DNA of 64,000 nucleotides, from NCBI GenBank assembly GCA_012842685.1, contig DUSI01000060.1:5024-69023 (forward strand), written 5' to 3'. A program made the translations under genes and the position numbers. This document shows, piece after piece, positions 1-8,962 of this stretch. This DNA is from Candidatus Fermentithermobacillaceae bacterium (GTDB lineage Bacteria; Bacillota; Sulfobacillia; Fermentithermobacillales; Fermentithermobacillaceae). Numbering within the stretch: the first letter of the stretch is position 1; every line of letters starts with the position of its first letter. The notes below the pieces were generated by a model. It worked only from the letters and a program-made list of their open reading frames with translations. It searched no databases and was not told the DNA's origin.

Positions 1-367
1 GGCCACGCGTTCAGCGCCGGTTCCCGCTGCCGCCACCGGCCTTATGGATTTCTCCGCGTCGCAGACGGCGTAGCCAACCCAGGCCATCATGTATCCGCCG
101 TGACCTACGATTATCTTGCACGCGTCGTTCAGGAGTGTGGTCTCGTCGGTGGTCCTCAGCACGGCCTGGGTGTATCCGCTCAGCATCTTGAAAGCCCGGG
201 TTACTTTGGATAGGTGTCCTTTCAAGCGGCATACCGCGCAGCGGTCGTCGCAGCCGGTCGCTGAGCCGACCGGGTCTCCCAGGCGTCCTCCGCGGCCCTC
301 GCAGTCCGGTCGCTTCTCCGGTCCTTCGTACCGGTCATTGTGGAATGGTCCCGTGTCGTGTCCTGAC
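1..367 (-). CDS. Partial CDS (N-terminal part; continues past window start), probable GAF-domain sensor protein
   Basis: Reverse-strand translation from the ATG at 365-367 (MSGHDTGPFHNDRYEGPEKRPDCEGRGG...TLLNDACKIIVGHGGYMMAWVGYAVC...) has no stop before position 1. The LLNDACKIIVGHGGYMMAW stretch resembles a GAF fold. It is divergent from the downstream two-component system. Confidence 0.35.
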
Positions 368-583
368 ATAGCGATCACCTAGTTCATGATATGCTTGGGG
401 AGCGTGCAGTTGACATAATTACATCGCGCGGAACCGGGAAAGGGGTATTTCAGTTTACGGAATGTCGCCCTTTGGCCGCCACAGAGGTCTAAAGGACTGA
501 GCTTAAGCCGGAGCGAAAGATCTCTCCTTCACTTACCAGATAGTCATGAAAGCCCTGAAACCCTATACTGTTAGATAGGACAA

Positions 584-1705
584 GTGTGCCTGAGGAGCGG
601 TTGGGTGAACTGGGAGACGGCAGTACAGTTTCTGACTGATGTATCCGTGGCGCTCATGGAGCCCGAACTTGACCGGGCTCTGGAACGCCTGAGGGAAGTT
701 GCCGCGGGTCAGAAATGGCTTTCTTACCTCTGCATGAGGGGGCAAGGCACAGGAGGCTCCAGCGTCGAGGTCAGGGCCGGAGTAGAGCCCGCCTCAGGCG
801 CTTTGTCTAGCGACGGTGGAGATAGCAGAGTCGAGCTGACGGGTACGCGCGAAGGAGTATCTGTTTCGATGGTTGCCCGCCTGGACCTCCAGTCCGGTGG
901 AGGTTCTCCAGGCGGCGACGCCGTGGTGAGAGAGGTGTTGGGCGAAGCGCTCAGGCTCTTCGCGAGGCGCCTCGCCGTCCACGGCGCAGCCTTGAGAGCC
1001 AGGGAAAGGGAACTTGCCGACGCGGTGGGAGCTCTATCCCACGACTTCAGGACGCCCCTCGCTTGCATAAAGGGTTACCTTTCGCTGCTGTCCCAAGGGA
1101 AGTACCCTCCAGGCAGCCCTGAGTGGGAAGAATACCTCGGCACCGTCATGGAGGAGTGCGAAAGGCTGGAGAAGCTCGTCTCGGTCGTGCTCGAGTCGGC
1201 TGCGGGGCCGAAGATACACCTTTCCATCGAGCCCGTATTGCTCCCGCCTCTCATAAAGAGGATCCTCCTTGAGGAGTCCGCCATATCGAGGGGGCACCGC
1301 TTCTTTACGGACATAAGCGAAGAAGCGCGAGAGATCTACGCCGACCCCACGAGGCTTGAGCAGGTGCTGAGGAACCTTTTGGACAACGCCATAAAGTACT
1401 CGCCCGAAGGATCCCTTATAGTGCTCAGGGTGAAGAAGACCAAAGACGCGTTTCTGTTTTCCGTCGCCGACCAGGGAGGCGGGATAGCTCCCGAGCACCT
1501 TAATCGCCTGTTCGAGAGGCATTATAGGGTAGAGGACGGCGATTCGGGAAAGGTTAGGGGGACCGGCCTCGGGCTCCTCATAGCCAGGCAGATCGTAAAC
1601 GCCCACGGCGGAGATATCTGGGCGGAGAGCGTCGTGGGAAGGGGATCGACCTTCTACTTCACAATACCTTTCTACAACACCCCGTCCGGAGGGGACGCCG
1701 AGTGA
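584..1705 (+). CDS. Sensor histidine kinase (HisKA + HATPase_c), apparently cytoplasmic
   Basis: H-box LSHDFRTPLACIKGYLSLL; N-box LRNLLDNAIKYS; G-boxes DQGGGI and GTGLGL; no clear TM segment. The GTG start at 584 is uncertain (alternative ATG near 657). Confidence 0.85.
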   Translation: MCLRSGWVNWETAVQFLTDVSVALMEPELDRALERLREVAAGQKWLSYLCMRGQGTGGSSVEVRAGVEPASGALSSDGGDSRVELTGTREGVSVSMVARLDLQSGGGSPGGDAVVREVLGEALRLFARRLAVHGAALRARERELADAVGALSHDFRTPLACIKGYLSLLSQGKYPPGSPEWEEYLGTVMEECERLEKLVSVVLESAAGPKIHLSIEPVLLPPLIKRILLEESAISRGHRFFTDISEEAREIYADPTRLEQVLRNLLDNAIKYSPEGSLIVLRVKKTKDAFLFSVADQGGGIAPEHLNRLFERHYRVEDGDSGKVRGTGLGLLIARQIVNAHGGDIWAESVVGRGSTFYFTIPFYNTPSGGDAE

Positions 1706-2409
1706 ATTCCCAGACCATCGTCATCATCGAGGACGAGCCGAAGCTCGCCAAACTGGTGAAGATAAGCCTTGAAGGCGAAGGCTACACCGTATTCACCGCT
1801 CCTGACGGCCGTACGGGCCTCAAGCTTATCGAGGAAAAAAACCCTGCCTTGGTGATCCTCGATATCCTCCTCCCCGGGGATATGAACGGGTTTGACGTGG
1901 CGAAGGCCATAAGGAGCTTTTCAGACGTCCCTATAATCATCTTGAGCAGCAGGATAAGCGAAGCTGACAAACTCTTGGGGTTCGAGTGCGGGGCCGACGA
2001 CTACGTGACCAAACCCTTCAGCTGCCCCGAGCTGAACGCCCGGGTGAAAGCCGTGCTCCACAGGGCTTCCCTTTCCGCGACGGCCCGGTCGTCGTCCAAG
2101 TTCGTCTTGGGCGAACTTGAGATCGACTTCTCCAGAAGGCGCGTCTTCCGAGGGGGGCAGGAGATAAACCTCACCCAGACCGAGTACAACGTGCTCCAGT
2201 ACCTTGCCCAGAACGCAGGGAAGGTCCTCCTCCACGAGGAGATCCTGGGGCGGGTGTGGGGGCCGGAATATAGGGACGAATACCAGTACCTGCGCAACTA
2301 CATCTCCAACCTGAGGCGCAAGATAGAGCCTGACCAGTCCAATCCCCGGTACATCCTGTCCAAACCCGGGATTGGCTACTACATGCCCGATTCCCGGGAC
2401 CTGCGTTAG
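1702..2409 (+). CDS. OmpR-family response regulator (receiver + winged-helix), KdpE-like
   Basis: Receiver motifs IVIIEDEP...LVILDILLPG...KPF; C-terminal YLRNYISNLRRKIEPD...RYILSKPGIGYYM winged helix. GTG start overlaps the HK stop by 4 bp, indicating translational coupling. Confidence 0.9.
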   Translation: MNSQTIVIIEDEPKLAKLVKISLEGEGYTVFTAPDGRTGLKLIEEKNPALVILDILLPGDMNGFDVAKAIRSFSDVPIIILSSRISEADKLLGFECGADDYVTKPFSCPELNARVKAVLHRASLSATARSSSKFVLGELEIDFSRRRVFRGGQEINLTQTEYNVLQYLAQNAGKVLLHEEILGRVWGPEYRDEYQYLRNYISNLRRKIEPDQSNPRYILSKPGIGYYMPDSRDLR

Positions 2410-2595
2410 CGATGGGATAGTCCTGCATAATCCACGTTAGCCCTCCGCGAGGGCTTGGACCTTTTGGATCCAATTTGGCTTAGCCATTTTTACGTTTTCT
2501 TTATACTCCTGCCCGGCTTTCTTATGCGCTGATTATACCGGGAGCGTTAACCTGCAGGAGGAAGACCTATTTGAGTAGGGAGGGGCGATCGGAGA

Positions 2596-3840
2596 ATGTC
2601 GCTTCTGGATAATGTAAAGGTATTCTTCGACCAGGCAGCAAACAAGTTAAGCATTGACGCCCACGTCCGGCAGATGCTCGAAGAACCCGACCGGGTTATT
2701 GAGGTCAAGATCGCCGGCACCGAGGGCGGCGTGCCGAAAGTGTTCAAAGGTTACCGCGTCCAGCACAACAACGCCCGCGGGCCGTACAAGGGCGGGCTCC
2801 GCTACCACCCCACCGTCGAGATGGATGAGGTCATAGCCCTCGCTGCGCTTATGACCTGGAAGTGCTCGCTCCTGAACATCCCCTACGGAGGAGGCAAGGG
2901 AGGAGTCTCTTGCGATCCCACCAAGATGACCAAAGAGGAGCTGGAGCAGGTCTCCCGCGCCTTCATAAGGGCCCTCATGCCCAACATCGGACCGACCGTC
3001 GACATACCCGCTCCTGACGTCAACACCGACGGCCAGGTAATGGCCTGGATGGTCGACGAGGCAACCCAGATCGCCGGGGAAAGCATGCTTCCTCTCCTCA
3101 CCGGCAAGCCCGTCTCCATGGGCGGTTCTCTGGGCCGCGCCGAATCCACGGGTTACGGTGTCGCCATAACCGGCATTGAGGCGCTCAAGAAGATCGGGAT
3201 CGAGCCCAAAGGCGCCACTGCCGCCGTTCAGGGCTTCGGCAAAGTCGGATCCTGGGCCGCCGAGAGGCTCCATAAGATGGGAGTCAAAGTGGTCGCCGTC
3301 TCCGACATCTCCGGTGGCTACTACTGCAAGGACGGCCTGGACATCCCGGACCTCATGAAGTACACGGCCACCTCCAAGGGCCACCTTATCGAAGGGTACT
3401 CGGCGCCTGGGATCACCAAGATCACGAACGAAGAACTCCTCACCCTTGACGTAGATCTCCTCTGCCCCTGCGCCATGGAGAACCAGATCGACACCGAGAT
3501 CGCCAAGCGCGTGCGGGCCAAGGTCATCTCCGAAGGCGCCAACGGTCCGGTGACCGCCGACGCAGACGCTATCCTGAGCGAACGCGGAGTCGTCGTCATC
3601 CCCGACATCCTGGCCAACGCCGGCGGCGTGACGGTCTCCTACTTCGAGTGGGTCCAGAACTTCCAGCACATCTCCTGGACGTTCGACGAGGTCATAAACA
3701 AGCTCGACGGCATGATGATCGGGTGCCTGAACGATGTATGGGAGGTCGCCAAGAGCGAGAAGTGCAGCCTGAGGACCGCTGCCTTCATCCTCGCCATCAA
3801 GAGAGTCGTCGACGCCATGAAGCTTACCGGAAGGATATAA
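2596..3840 (+). CDS. gdhA: NAD(P)-specific glutamate dehydrogenase
   Basis: KGGLRYHP and PYGGGKGG motifs of the Glu/Leu/Phe/Val dehydrogenase family; GFGKVGSWAA Rossmann motif; good RBS (GGGAGGGG) upstream. Confidence 0.95.
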   Translation: MSLLDNVKVFFDQAANKLSIDAHVRQMLEEPDRVIEVKIAGTEGGVPKVFKGYRVQHNNARGPYKGGLRYHPTVEMDEVIALAALMTWKCSLLNIPYGGGKGGVSCDPTKMTKEELEQVSRAFIRALMPNIGPTVDIPAPDVNTDGQVMAWMVDEATQIAGESMLPLLTGKPVSMGGSLGRAESTGYGVAITGIEALKKIGIEPKGATAAVQGFGKVGSWAAERLHKMGVKVVAVSDISGGYYCKDGLDIPDLMKYTATSKGHLIEGYSAPGITKITNEELLTLDVDLLCPCAMENQIDTEIAKRVRAKVISEGANGPVTADADAILSERGVVVIPDILANAGGVTVSYFEWVQNFQHISWTFDEVINKLDGMMIGCLNDVWEVAKSEKCSLRTAAFILAIKRVVDAMKLTGRI

Positions 3841-3857
3841 CGAGAGGGCGAACCTGA

Positions 3858-4355
3858 GTGAACGATGGGCGGCATGTCCCTCTTTCAACCGACGGCGCCA
3901 GTATTGTTGAAAGGGCCCTGGGCTATGTTGCCCGGAGGCTCAAATCCCCCGGCCCTGACGCCGCGCTTGAAAGGCTCCGGCGAGGGGAACTGGAAGCATA
4001 TCTGTACTTCCGGTACGCCCTGGCCAAGGAGGCTTCGAGGGACATTGCCGCCATCGCCGGCGGAGTAGAAAAAGCCCTGATTTTTCTGGAAAATAGATGC
4101 GAAGAATTCCCGGGAGAACCTGTGAGACTTGGGCTTATCGTAGAGCGCAGGACGGCAGCGATGCAGTCGCTGGTGGAAGCGGTGTGCGAAGCGGTCTCGC
4201 GCGAAGCCAAAGACAGGGTCCCGGGACTTCGCTCTTTCGACGAGTTTCTAAAGGCCGAGATCCTGGATGCCGACGCCATCCGCGCCGGTACGGGTCTTGC
4301 GGCCATGGTGCATTCAATCTACGAACCGCCCATTACCGTGTATCCGGATGACTGA
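3858..4355 (+). CDS. Hypothetical protein
   Basis: 165-aa ORF with GTG start directly after gdhA; no recognisable motif. Confidence 0.4.
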   Translation: MNDGRHVPLSTDGASIVERALGYVARRLKSPGPDAALERLRRGELEAYLYFRYALAKEASRDIAAIAGGVEKALIFLENRCEEFPGEPVRLGLIVERRTAAMQSLVEAVCEAVSREAKDRVPGLRSFDEFLKAEILDADAIRAGTGLAAMVHSIYEPPITVYPDD

Positions 4356-4384
4356 GCGCATCCCGCCTTCCGGCTGAAGCAGGC

Positions 4385-4422
4385 ATCCGCGTGCTCGCGT
4401 GCCAAGACGTGAGCACGCGGAT
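4385..4422 (+). promoter_or_regulatory. Long perfect hairpin (12-bp stem ATCCGCGTGCTC / GAGCACGCGGAT, 14-nt loop) in the leader of the ABC-F gene
   Basis: Read directly from the sequence; not followed by a U-tract. Either a transcript-stabilising / attenuator-like structure or a Rho-dependent stop for the upstream gene. Confidence 0.4.
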
Positions 4423-4610
4423 AGCCTTAAGCTGCTTTCCACGACGCCGGATACGTGATATAGTGCTGTGGGAGTTTCCTCGAGTAGAAAGGAGTTCTCC
4501 TTCATGATCAGTGTTTCGAGAGGTGCCGGGCTCCAAATCCGCGTTTAGTGTCTTTGGCCGTATTGTGCCCGCCTGACTCGAACACTTGATCGTATAAGGA
4601 GGACTCAGCG

Positions 4611-6716
4611 ATGACCATCCTCACCGTACAGAACCTCACTAAGCACTTTGGCGCCCGTACGGTTTTCAAAGACGTTTCCTTCACCGTATCAGAAGGGGAA
4701 AGGGTCTGCGTCATAGGACGGAACGGAGAGGGGAAGACGACTCTCTTAAGAGTCCTGGCCGGCGAACTGGAGCCCGACGGTGGCGAGTTCGCCATTACGG
4801 GCAAGAGAAGCGCGGGGTACCTCTCCCAGGACGTGCCCACTTTCAGCGATACGGTCCTAAACGAGCTCCTTTCCTCACGGCGGGACATCGTGGCTCTTCA
4901 CGCCCGGATGAGAGACCTGGAAGCGAAGATGGCCGCGGCCTCAGAGCCCCTGCGCGGAGCGGACCTTGATTCCCTGATGGACGAGTATGCCCGGGTGACG
5001 GCCCGTTTTGAGGCTCTGGACGGGTATAACCTGGAGCATAAGGCCAAGGCAATTCTTGCGGGACTCGGTTTCAAGCAGGAAGCCTTCTACAAGGAAACGA
5101 GCGTGCTCTCTGGCGGCGAGAGAATAAGGCTTGCCCTGGCGAAGCTGCTCCTTCTCGAGCCCGACATCCTGCTCCTCGACGAGCCCACGAACCACCTGGA
5201 CCTAAGGGGCGTTGAGTGGCTCGAGGGGTTCCTCCGAGATTACCCGGGCGCGGCGCTCATAGTCAGCCACGATAGGTATTTCGTAGACCGGGTGGCCACC
5301 AAGGTACTGGAGCTGTCGGAGGGGAAGGCCAAGGTATACACTGGAAACTACTCTGCTTACCTGGCCCAAAAAGAACTGGAGCTCAAAGCCCAGGCTGAGG
5401 AGTACGAGCGTCAGCAGGCCCTCATCGCCCGGACGAAGGCGTTCATACAGAAATGGAAGGCGACGCCCAGGAGAAAAAAGCAGGCCGAAAGCCGGGAAAA
5501 GATGCTCGAACGACTTGAGATAGTCGAAAAGCCCAAACCGGAAAAGAAGGCCATGGGTCTTAGTTTTGAGATGGAGAAGGAGTCCGGCGACGAAGTCCTG
5601 GAGGTAACCGGCCTCGGGAAGTCCTTCCCCGTGGATAGCGGCGGCGTGAGGACTCTCTGGCGGGATTTTTCCTGGCTTGTAAGGCGCGGGGACAGGGTAG
5701 CTCTCGTGGGACCCAACGGCTGCGGAAAGACGACCCTCTTAAAGTGCATCGTGGGCATGGATAGCGACTACGAAGGCAGGGTCAAATTCGGCCAAGACGT
5801 GATCGCCGCGTATTTCTCCCAGGGGCTGCAGGATCTAAACGAGGAGAACACTGTCCTCGAGGAGATTAGGTCTCTCGGAGTCCCGTACCAGGACGCCCGG
5901 GACCTCTTGGGGCGATTCCTTTTTTCCGGAGACGAGGTGGAAAAGCCGGTAAGGGTGCTTTCCGGCGGCGAGAGAAACCGGCTCGCCCTCGCGAAACTCG
6001 TCTTGAGCAAAGGGAACCTTCTCCTCCTCGACGAGCCGACCAACCACCTGGATATGGCGTCCAGGGAGGCCCTTGAAGGGGCGATTGAGGACTTCCCCGG
6101 TACGTTGATCTTTGCTTCCCACGACAGGTACTTCATCGACTCCCTCGCCACGCACCTCTGGATCTGGGACGGAGAAACCATCCACATCTTCAAGGGGAAC
6201 TACTCGGAGTACCGAGCCAGGATGGAGGCGGGGGAGGATTTCCTGTTCGAGGAGGAGAAGCCTTCCTTTTCTCTCTGGCTCAGAGCGAAAGGCATCGTAC
6301 TGCCCGTAGACCGCCAGAGGAGCCGCCAAGCGGGATCCCCGGGCGCGACATCCGGTCGGGGAGAAGGGCGTTCTCAAGGCGAGGCTGGGAGTATCCGGGA
6401 GCGACGAAGCGGCCCGCCCGGCCGTGGAGAGGCTTCTTCCCTGGAGGAACGCCGGAAGCTGGCGGCGCTCAGGAAGGCGCTGGCGCAGGAACTCGAACGC
6501 CTGGAGACCGAGATCGAGACCCTCGAGCTACGGAAAGAAGAGCTGGTCCGGATCTTTAGCGACCCGTCTTCTTACCGGGATGCCTCGGCGCTGCCGTGGA
6601 AGGAATATAAGGACATAGAGAAGGAGCTGGAATCCCTCTATTCCAAGTGGGACGAGCTGGCCGAGAGGGTTGCAGGAACCTCCGGAGACAAAGAGAAGAC
6701 ATCTAGTCAGGCATAA
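4611..6716 (+). CDS. ABC-F family ATPase (two NBDs, no TMD) with Uup-like C-terminal coiled-coil extension
   Basis: Two Walker A motifs (GRNGEGKTT, GPNGCGKTT), two signature motifs (LSGGERIRLALAKLL, LSGGERNRLALAKLV) and two Walker B motifs (LLLDEPTNHLD). The C-terminus has an R/S/G-rich linker followed by a coiled coil (LEERRKLAALRKALAQELERLETEIETLELRKEEL). Confidence 0.9.
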   Translation: MTILTVQNLTKHFGARTVFKDVSFTVSEGERVCVIGRNGEGKTTLLRVLAGELEPDGGEFAITGKRSAGYLSQDVPTFSDTVLNELLSSRRDIVALHARMRDLEAKMAAASEPLRGADLDSLMDEYARVTARFEALDGYNLEHKAKAILAGLGFKQEAFYKETSVLSGGERIRLALAKLLLLEPDILLLDEPTNHLDLRGVEWLEGFLRDYPGAALIVSHDRYFVDRVATKVLELSEGKAKVYTGNYSAYLAQKELELKAQAEEYERQQALIARTKAFIQKWKATPRRKKQAESREKMLERLEIVEKPKPEKKAMGLSFEMEKESGDEVLEVTGLGKSFPVDSGGVRTLWRDFSWLVRRGDRVALVGPNGCGKTTLLKCIVGMDSDYEGRVKFGQDVIAAYFSQGLQDLNEENTVLEEIRSLGVPYQDARDLLGRFLFSGDEVEKPVRVLSGGERNRLALAKLVLSKGNLLLLDEPTNHLDMASREALEGAIEDFPGTLIFASHDRYFIDSLATHLWIWDGETIHIFKGNYSEYRARMEAGEDFLFEEEKPSFSLWLRAKGIVLPVDRQRSRQAGSPGATSGRGEGRSQGEAGSIRERRSGPPGRGEASSLEERRKLAALRKALAQELERLETEIETLELRKEELVRIFSDPSSYRDASALPWKEYKDIEKELESLYSKWDELAERVAGTSGDKEKTSSQA

Positions 6717-6750
6717 TACGCGCCGCTGTGGCCTAGAGGAGGTCTGAAGA

Positions 6751-7545
6751 GTGGAAGCCCCGTTTGGTTTGAACCCCTACATCGACCTGATACTCAAGCG
6801 CTCGACGGTCAGGTCCTTTACCGACCAGGATGTATCCGATGAGACCATGGAGATTCTTGCCCGGGCCGCCCAGCAGGCCCCGTTCACGGGACAGATGTAC
6901 GCCTTTATCTACACCAGGGACAAGGAGAAAAAAGAGGAGCTTTCCAGGTACCTGGGAAGGTTCATAGTAAACGCCCCGGTGTTCGTCCTTTTCTGCATGG
7001 ACTTTCGGAAGCTCGAGAAGTTCATAGCTTACAAAGGAAGAAAGAATAGGGCAAATGATGTGGAGATGCTCTTTCTGGGCATCCAGGATGTCGCCTACGC
7101 CGCCATGAACTTCGTGATGGCCGCGGAAGCCCTGGGGCTGGGCACTTGTTTCTTCGGCGGCGCGCCCCACATCGAGCCTATCCTCACAAAGATGTTTGAC
7201 CTGCCTGAACGCGTCTACCCCGTCGTCGGCATGGTCGTCGGTTACCCTGCCAAGAAGAGCCCGCCGAGGCCGAGGATACCCACTTCCTGCGTCCTCATGA
7301 AAGACAAGTACCACGACCTTACCGCCGAAGAAGTGGAAGAAGCCATGGGCATCATGGACGCGGGGCTCATCCGGGAAGGCTACTACGTGAACCTGAACGC
7401 CAAGATCCCCAAGCCCGAAGAGGGAGAAGACGACGTAGACTACGACCGCTACGGTTGGAGCGAACACATATCCCGCAAGTACGCAAGGCGCACTCCCGAG
7501 CCGGTCATAAAGGAGTACCTGCGAGGCAAGGGTATAGTTATCTGA
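6751..7545 (+). CDS. Nitroreductase-family (FMN-dependent) oxidoreductase
   Basis: N-terminal LKRSTVRSFTDQDVSDETMEILARAAQQAP typical of the nitroreductase fold; size 264 aa. Confidence 0.7.
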   Translation: MEAPFGLNPYIDLILKRSTVRSFTDQDVSDETMEILARAAQQAPFTGQMYAFIYTRDKEKKEELSRYLGRFIVNAPVFVLFCMDFRKLEKFIAYKGRKNRANDVEMLFLGIQDVAYAAMNFVMAAEALGLGTCFFGGAPHIEPILTKMFDLPERVYPVVGMVVGYPAKKSPPRPRIPTSCVLMKDKYHDLTAEEVEEAMGIMDAGLIREGYYVNLNAKIPKPEEGEDDVDYDRYGWSEHISRKYARRTPEPVIKEYLRGKGIVI

Positions 7546-7584
7546 GATACGCGGGATGAAGAACCATCCGCCAGAGTCCGGGGC

Positions 7585-8892
7585 GTGGAGATCCGGCTTA
7601 GAGAGGTGTTTCGCTTGAAGACCGAGAGGCTGTACTGGTCAGATCCTATGGGGCGCGAGTTTGAAGCAAGGATTGTGGAAATCGCCCGGCTTCAGGGCAG
7701 CCGGATTGGGCTCATCTTGGACCGCACCCTCTTTCACCCTGAGGGTGGCGGACAACCTGCCGACAGGGGGTTTCTTACGCTCCTTTCCGAAGAAGCCGTG
7801 GCCCTTTTTGGGCGGAGCGACCTCGGTGTCCAAGAGGTGTATGAGGAAGGAGAGCGGATAGTGCATATCATATCCGCCGAGAGATTCCCAGACTGCTTGC
7901 CCCCGGACGTTCCGCAGGCACCCGAAGGCGGCTGGCCCGTTAAGGGGGCCATAGACTGGGAGTACCGGTTTGACCTCATGCAGCAGCACACCGGGCAGCA
8001 CATCCTCTCCCGGGCTTTTGAGGAACTCGCCAGTGCCCGTACCGTTGGCTTTCACCTGGGCAAAGACTACGTGAGCATCGACCTCAGCATCGGCTCTCTT
8101 TCCGACGGACAGAGAGACAAGGTAGAAGAAAGGGCCAACCAGGTGGTTTTCCAGGACCTCCCCGTAACGGGACGGGAGTACCCGAAAGGCCGGCTTCCCG
8201 AGGGCGTCCGGAGCAGGTTCCAGATAGACGCTGAAAGCATCCGTATCGTCTCGGTGGGGGACTACGACCTCTGTCCGTGCGGGGGCACCCACGTGACAAG
8301 CACGGGCCAGGTCGGGCTCATAAAGATAAACCAGGTAGACCGGGCCCACGGCGGGGTCCGCGTCATATTCAGATGCGGGAGGAGGGCCCTTACGGATTAC
8401 AGAGAGAAGGAGCGCCTCCTGGGACAGGCTTCGTCTGCCCTGTCGGTCCCTCCGGGCGATGTCCCGCGGGCGGTTGAACAGGCCCTCGCCCGTCTCCGGG
8501 ATGCCGAAAAGGAGCTCCAGGATGTCCGAGAAGCGCTCTTGGACAGTGAGATTGAAACGCGCTTGAGGGCCCTATCCGGATCCGGGGAGCCCTTTACCGT
8601 TCAGGTTTTCGAGACTCTTGAGGGCGACCGGCTGAAGTACGCTGCGAGGAAGATGAGTGAGTCTCTTGGGAAGATCACGGTTTGCGCCGCCCTCGCGCCG
8701 AAGTTTTCCGCCGTCGTGATATCCCCCGCCGGCGCGCCCGACGCCAGGGAGGTGCTCTCCAGGATATCCGCCAGGTGGGGAGGACGGGGCGGCGGGACGC
8801 CTTCCTTTGCCCAGCTGGGGGCCAAAGAGCCTCTGGTCGCGGCTTCCCAGGCGGTGAAGTCGTCCATAGAAGAGATCCTGCGTAGCCTCTAG
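7585..8892 (+). CDS. AlaX-L type alanyl-tRNA editing protein (Ser-tRNA(Ala) deacylase; AlaRS editing + C-terminal DHHA1-like domain)
   Basis: Zinc-binding editing motifs HTGQHILS and CPCGGTHV; C-terminal GGRGGGTPSFAQLGAKE equals the AlaRS C-terminal GGGG...FAQAG motif. Confidence 0.8.
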   Translation: MEIRLREVFRLKTERLYWSDPMGREFEARIVEIARLQGSRIGLILDRTLFHPEGGGQPADRGFLTLLSEEAVALFGRSDLGVQEVYEEGERIVHIISAERFPDCLPPDVPQAPEGGWPVKGAIDWEYRFDLMQQHTGQHILSRAFEELASARTVGFHLGKDYVSIDLSIGSLSDGQRDKVEERANQVVFQDLPVTGREYPKGRLPEGVRSRFQIDAESIRIVSVGDYDLCPCGGTHVTSTGQVGLIKINQVDRAHGGVRVIFRCGRRALTDYREKERLLGQASSALSVPPGDVPRAVEQALARLRDAEKELQDVREALLDSEIETRLRALSGSGEPFTVQVFETLEGDRLKYAARKMSESLGKITVCAALAPKFSAVVISPAGAPDAREVLSRISARWGGRGGGTPSFAQLGAKEPLVAASQAVKSSIEEILRSL

Positions 8893-8962
8893 CCAGAGAA
8901 CCCAAGGCGCTTCTGAGCGGCAGTCTACCCCAGGCAGTCACCCATGTGGCTGCCTGCATATT

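Noticed and set aside
116-382. 88-aa plus-strand ORF at window start
   Set aside because: Antisense to a longer open frame with a GAF-like sequence; P/S/R-rich.
411-440. TTGACA -35-like hexamer upstream of the histidine kinase
   Set aside because: No acceptable -10 hexamer at 16-18 bp spacing, so it was not called as a promoter.
2647-3888. 413-aa ORF antisense to gdhA
   Set aside because: Completely overlaps the motif-confirmed gdhA on the opposite strand. It is G/D/A-rich with no motifs and is a typical high-GC antisense artefact.
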